NCBI GenBank assembly: GCA_964036045.1
Contig: OZ038378.1
Coordinates: 39,680,001-39,744,000, forward strand
Origin: Eutreptiella sp. 'Long Island Sound 2002'
Taxonomy: Eukaryota; Protista; Euglenida
Reading direction: 5' to 3'
DNA length: 64,000 nt
The translations under genes and the position numbers were made by a program. A model generated the notes under the pieces. The model was not told the origin of the DNA. It did not search any database and worked only from the letters and a program-made list of their open reading frames with translations. Positions 61,114 to 64,000 of the stretch are shown one piece after another. Each line of letters starts with the position of its first letter. Within the stretch, counting starts at the first letter, position 1.

Positions 61114-63121
61114 ATGACTGATGTGGGCACTCATGCCTTGCTGAAGAAGTGGGCTGATGCCGTAGCTCTCCGCACAGTGCACAGAGGCGTGTACAGCCCC
61201 GACAGCAAACGCACCTTGTCTTGGGCTTCTCTTGAGAATTGTGCTTGGTCCACCTTGGACACCCCTGTGGCCCTGGTGAAGGTAACGCAACCCGGCGTTG
61301 CCCAACCCCACAGCCTCACTGACCCTCTGGTGTTGTTGTTTGACAACAACCCTAACCTGCAAGCTATTGTGCTGCAGCTCCATGACACGGATGCCCGTGC
61401 TGTCGCGGAGCACGTCAAAAAAAGCTGTGGGGGACCAAATAGGGGGATGAGTTTGTATTTGAGGGAATGGGATATGCCGGATGGCTCTCCGGGGATCCGG
61501 GTCTCGGGGGACCTGGCTGCTGGCTGGCGCAAATGGGAGTGCAAGGCTCAACAAGTGCAGCGGGGGCATTGGGAGGACACCGCCCCCGGGCATGCCGATT
61601 TGGAGGGCCACACCCTCCGCACCTGGTACAAGGGTACTACAATGCACCCCTCCCTTTTCTTCCCCCTCACCACCACCCCCCTTTTTGGTGTTGAACACCA
61701 TCGTGTCTCCATCCCCGTTGAGGTCATCGAGCATCGTCATGTCGACGACCTCAAGGATTTGCCCCAATGGGGACATGCTTTCCAACCCGGCTTCATTTTT
61801 GTCGATTGGATGGAGAAGCTTGAGGATGAGTATGGGGAACTTAGGGGGGATGCGGGGGTCAATATTTTTAATGAGGATTGGCCCGCGGAGACTCGTGCAT
61901 GGGACAGTGACACCCGCCGCACGGTGACACCACAAGAGGGGGGTGCAATGCACGGTTTTGCTCGGGAGGTCCTTATACCCCACTTGGAGACTCATTTGGG
62001 TTGGAAGTGTCCGGTCGTGAATGTCACCACCTTTATTGTGGTGCAAGCCGGTACAGTGGATGTGGAAAAAAAACAGTGTTGGCACCGTGACAGTAACCTC
62101 AGCTATGTTACCGGTCCGGATCAACACCATGTTATCTGCTTGTTCCCGATGTTCAGCCCCACACCCGATGATGGTTGTGCTCGGGATTTCGTTGTTGCAT
62201 CACACACGGGCCTCCCGGACCCTTGGGTGGTGGCCCCATTGGCCCCATTGAACATCGGGGATATGTGATTGGGCAATGCACTTGTTGTGCATCGAGGAGG
62301 TATTTGCCCTTCCACTAACCCCAATCGGCCCCGTGTTTTTGGTTTCATTTCGGTTGGTACCTCAAGGTTCGACTACAACAACACTTGCCCAGTTGTTGTT
62401 CCCCCTTGGGCCAACAAAGCGGCCGCATCCCCCCATGGGTCTCAAGGCCCTCATGCCACTTGTGGTGCAGTTGGTTGTGAGGTGTTGCTGGACGTGAGTG
62501 ATGATACCACAGTTTTTTGTGTTCATGTGGTAATGTGCCATTGTGTGCCGACCACAACATGGAGGGGCAGTGTGGTGCCTGTCAGGAGGGCGCTTGGAAC
62601 CAGGTTGAGACAATGACGCAAAACAGTGGTGTTGCATGGGGTCGTTGTCCGGCCCCATTGCAGTTCTTTATGGCCGTTGATGGGGCTACTTTTTTTTGCA
62701 ATTCATGAAAATTTGAGCCCCTGCCCCCTTCGTGTTGATGTTGAGGGTCACCCTTCATATGAGGAGTGCCCATTGCGGCAAATGCATGCTAACCCTTTGC
62801 CTTATGTGGGCCCTGATGGGACTTTCCTCGGTTGTCCCCGGTTCATTGGTGGTTTCGCGGGGTTTGATTGGTGGTGTTGCTTTGGCTTCCACCGATGCCA
62901 CAATTGGCGGGGTTTTGCACTGGTTTGCTCTTGGGCACAAGCACCACCTCATGGATGTTGCAATGGCGAAGAGCTATGGTTGGGTGATGTGGTGGCCATT
63001 CAAGGCCATCTCAAGAAAGAAGAAGTCGAAGCCAAAGCCCAAGCCAAAGTCAAGGAAGGGCAAGGAGAAGGCCGTTGAAGAAGTTGAGGAAGTGGAGGAA
63101 GGAACAAGAGGAGAAGAATGA
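61114..63121 (+). pseudogene. PhyH-like 2-oxoglutarate/Fe(II) dioxygenase with Cys-rich C-terminal region; one in-frame TGA and later frameshifts
   Basis: ATG 61114 follows a polypyrimidine tract and AG (61094). Motifs GFIFVDW, IFNE..D.RR, QCWHRD (HxD), ICLFPM, FVVASH, LNIGDM*LGNALVVHRGG (distal His) and RPRVFGF (2OG-binding Arg). TGA at 62266-62268 is probably a mutated TGG; the frame resumes as ORF 62269..62616. Confidence 0.8.
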
Positions 63122-63368
63122 GCTGTGGTGCATCTGCAATCAGGTATTTCTTGTGGGCTGTGGGCATGGGTGGAAGTGTGTTGTTCTTATTCATTAATTG
63201 CCATTCATTTAAAAAGGTAGGGTCACCGGTAGGCTTTTTTTTGTTCGCCTGTCGTCAGCGCCTCTCTGTATGGTTGCGGTTCTCCAAGTTGAATTTTTCA
63301 TTGATCTTCAATGTTTTCAGCTTCTTCGCAGCATTCTTCAATGGCCTACACACGTTTTTGCATGTTTG

Positions 63369-63443
63369 AGGGCAGTGGGGTTTGAACCAGGGACGTTATG
63401 TGCGCAAGTGTAGCATGCATACCTCTCACCCACACGGTGCCAC
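63369..63443 (-). other. tRNA-like (SINE-head-like) sequence
   Basis: Minus strand has TGGGTGAGAGGT (A-box-like) and GGTTCAAACC (B box), with a partial acceptor stem GGTGGCA/TGCCCTC. Confidence 0.35.
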
Positions 63444-63450
63444 CGTCTTG

Positions 63451-63605
63451 CAATACAGCCGTATACCTTGTGTATACGGCCATATACTCGCGGTATACGG
63501 CCGTATGCCTCCAGTATACAGCCATATACCGCGATTATACGGCCGTATACCTCCCCACCCATTCCGGGTATACGGCCGTATACTCGGGGGTATAGGGCCG
63601 TATAC
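63451..63605. repeat. Array of 7 copies of the 16-bp palindrome GTATACGGCCGTATAC
   Basis: Copies at about 63451, 63472, 63493, 63514, 63535, 63568 and 63590 (0-3 mismatches), mostly with a 21-22-bp period. Confidence 0.92.
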
Positions 63606-64000
63606 TGGGGGGCACACGATGATGGTCAAGCATGGGCCTCATAGTGGGTTTTTGATGGGGGGGGATGATATGGCCCATCTACAAAGGATGGATACCGTGG
63701 GGAAAGTGAATGACCAAGTCAAAAAACTTGAGGCAGAGGGCGGCATAGGCTGCAAGGGGCGAGCACAAGTACAAACACTCCTAAGACAAACACGGCCATG
63801 CCCATGAGGCTAGTGCAAACAAACAATGCAACACTGGACAGGATGTTCTGGTGGCCCAAGGTCAGGCTGATTGCCCTCGGCACGCAAATACATAAGGACA
63901 ACGACAACATTTCATCATCTGTGGGCACCCGTGGTCCCGGGCACAGACCATATTCGACCCCTGGCGCGCATGGATCCTGTCTACTCTCGTTTTGTGTGGC

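Noticed and set aside
61021-62130. 369-aa antisense ORF over the dioxygenase
   Set aside because: Shadow frame of the motif-bearing plus-strand gene, with no recognisable domain.
61114-62450. Calling the dioxygenase TET/JBP
   Set aside because: Motif context (WHRD, xxSH, GDxxLxxxxxxHRGG) resembles the PhyH class, so the substrate cannot be inferred.
60781-63605. CRISPR array interpretation of the palindrome repeats
   Set aside because: Repeats are 16 bp and spacers 5-19 nt, too short and irregular; no cas genes; eukaryotic context.

Overview
Eukaryotic, repeat-rich nuclear DNA, essentially a transposable-element graveyard. A near-perfect spliced-leader relic (9209-9234, minus) points to a euglenid host; an Eutreptiella-like assignment is inference from recalled SL sequences. 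From left to right: (1) an intact, young non-LTR retrotransposon ORF (RT, Tudor/SH3-like insert, RNase H, Cys/His knuckle) running in from the left edge and abutting (2) a decayed LTR-element gag with a tRNAi-Met PBS; (3) an SL-headed retrocopy joined directly to the 3' end of (4) a decayed but complete-order Ty3/Gypsy element (gag-PR-[Dam-like N6-adenine methyltransferase]-RT-RH-INT-chromodomain); (5) about 17-31 kb of satellites, minisatellites, a composite duplication, tRNA-like heads and unrecognised ORF relics; (6) several scrambled LINE relics, a ~1.4-kb foldback and an unassigned transposase-like relic (32-60 kb); (7) a pseudogenised PhyH-like 2OG-Fe(II) dioxygenase gene with a Cys-rich tail, bracketed on both sides by arrays of the 16-bp palindrome GTATACGGCCGTATAC. 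The strongest novelty candidates are the methyltransferase-carrying Gypsy/chromovirus, the SL retrocopy at its 3' end, and the palindrome-flanked dioxygenase cassette. All domain calls come from motif recognition by eye; no database searches were run, and boundaries of decayed features are approximate.
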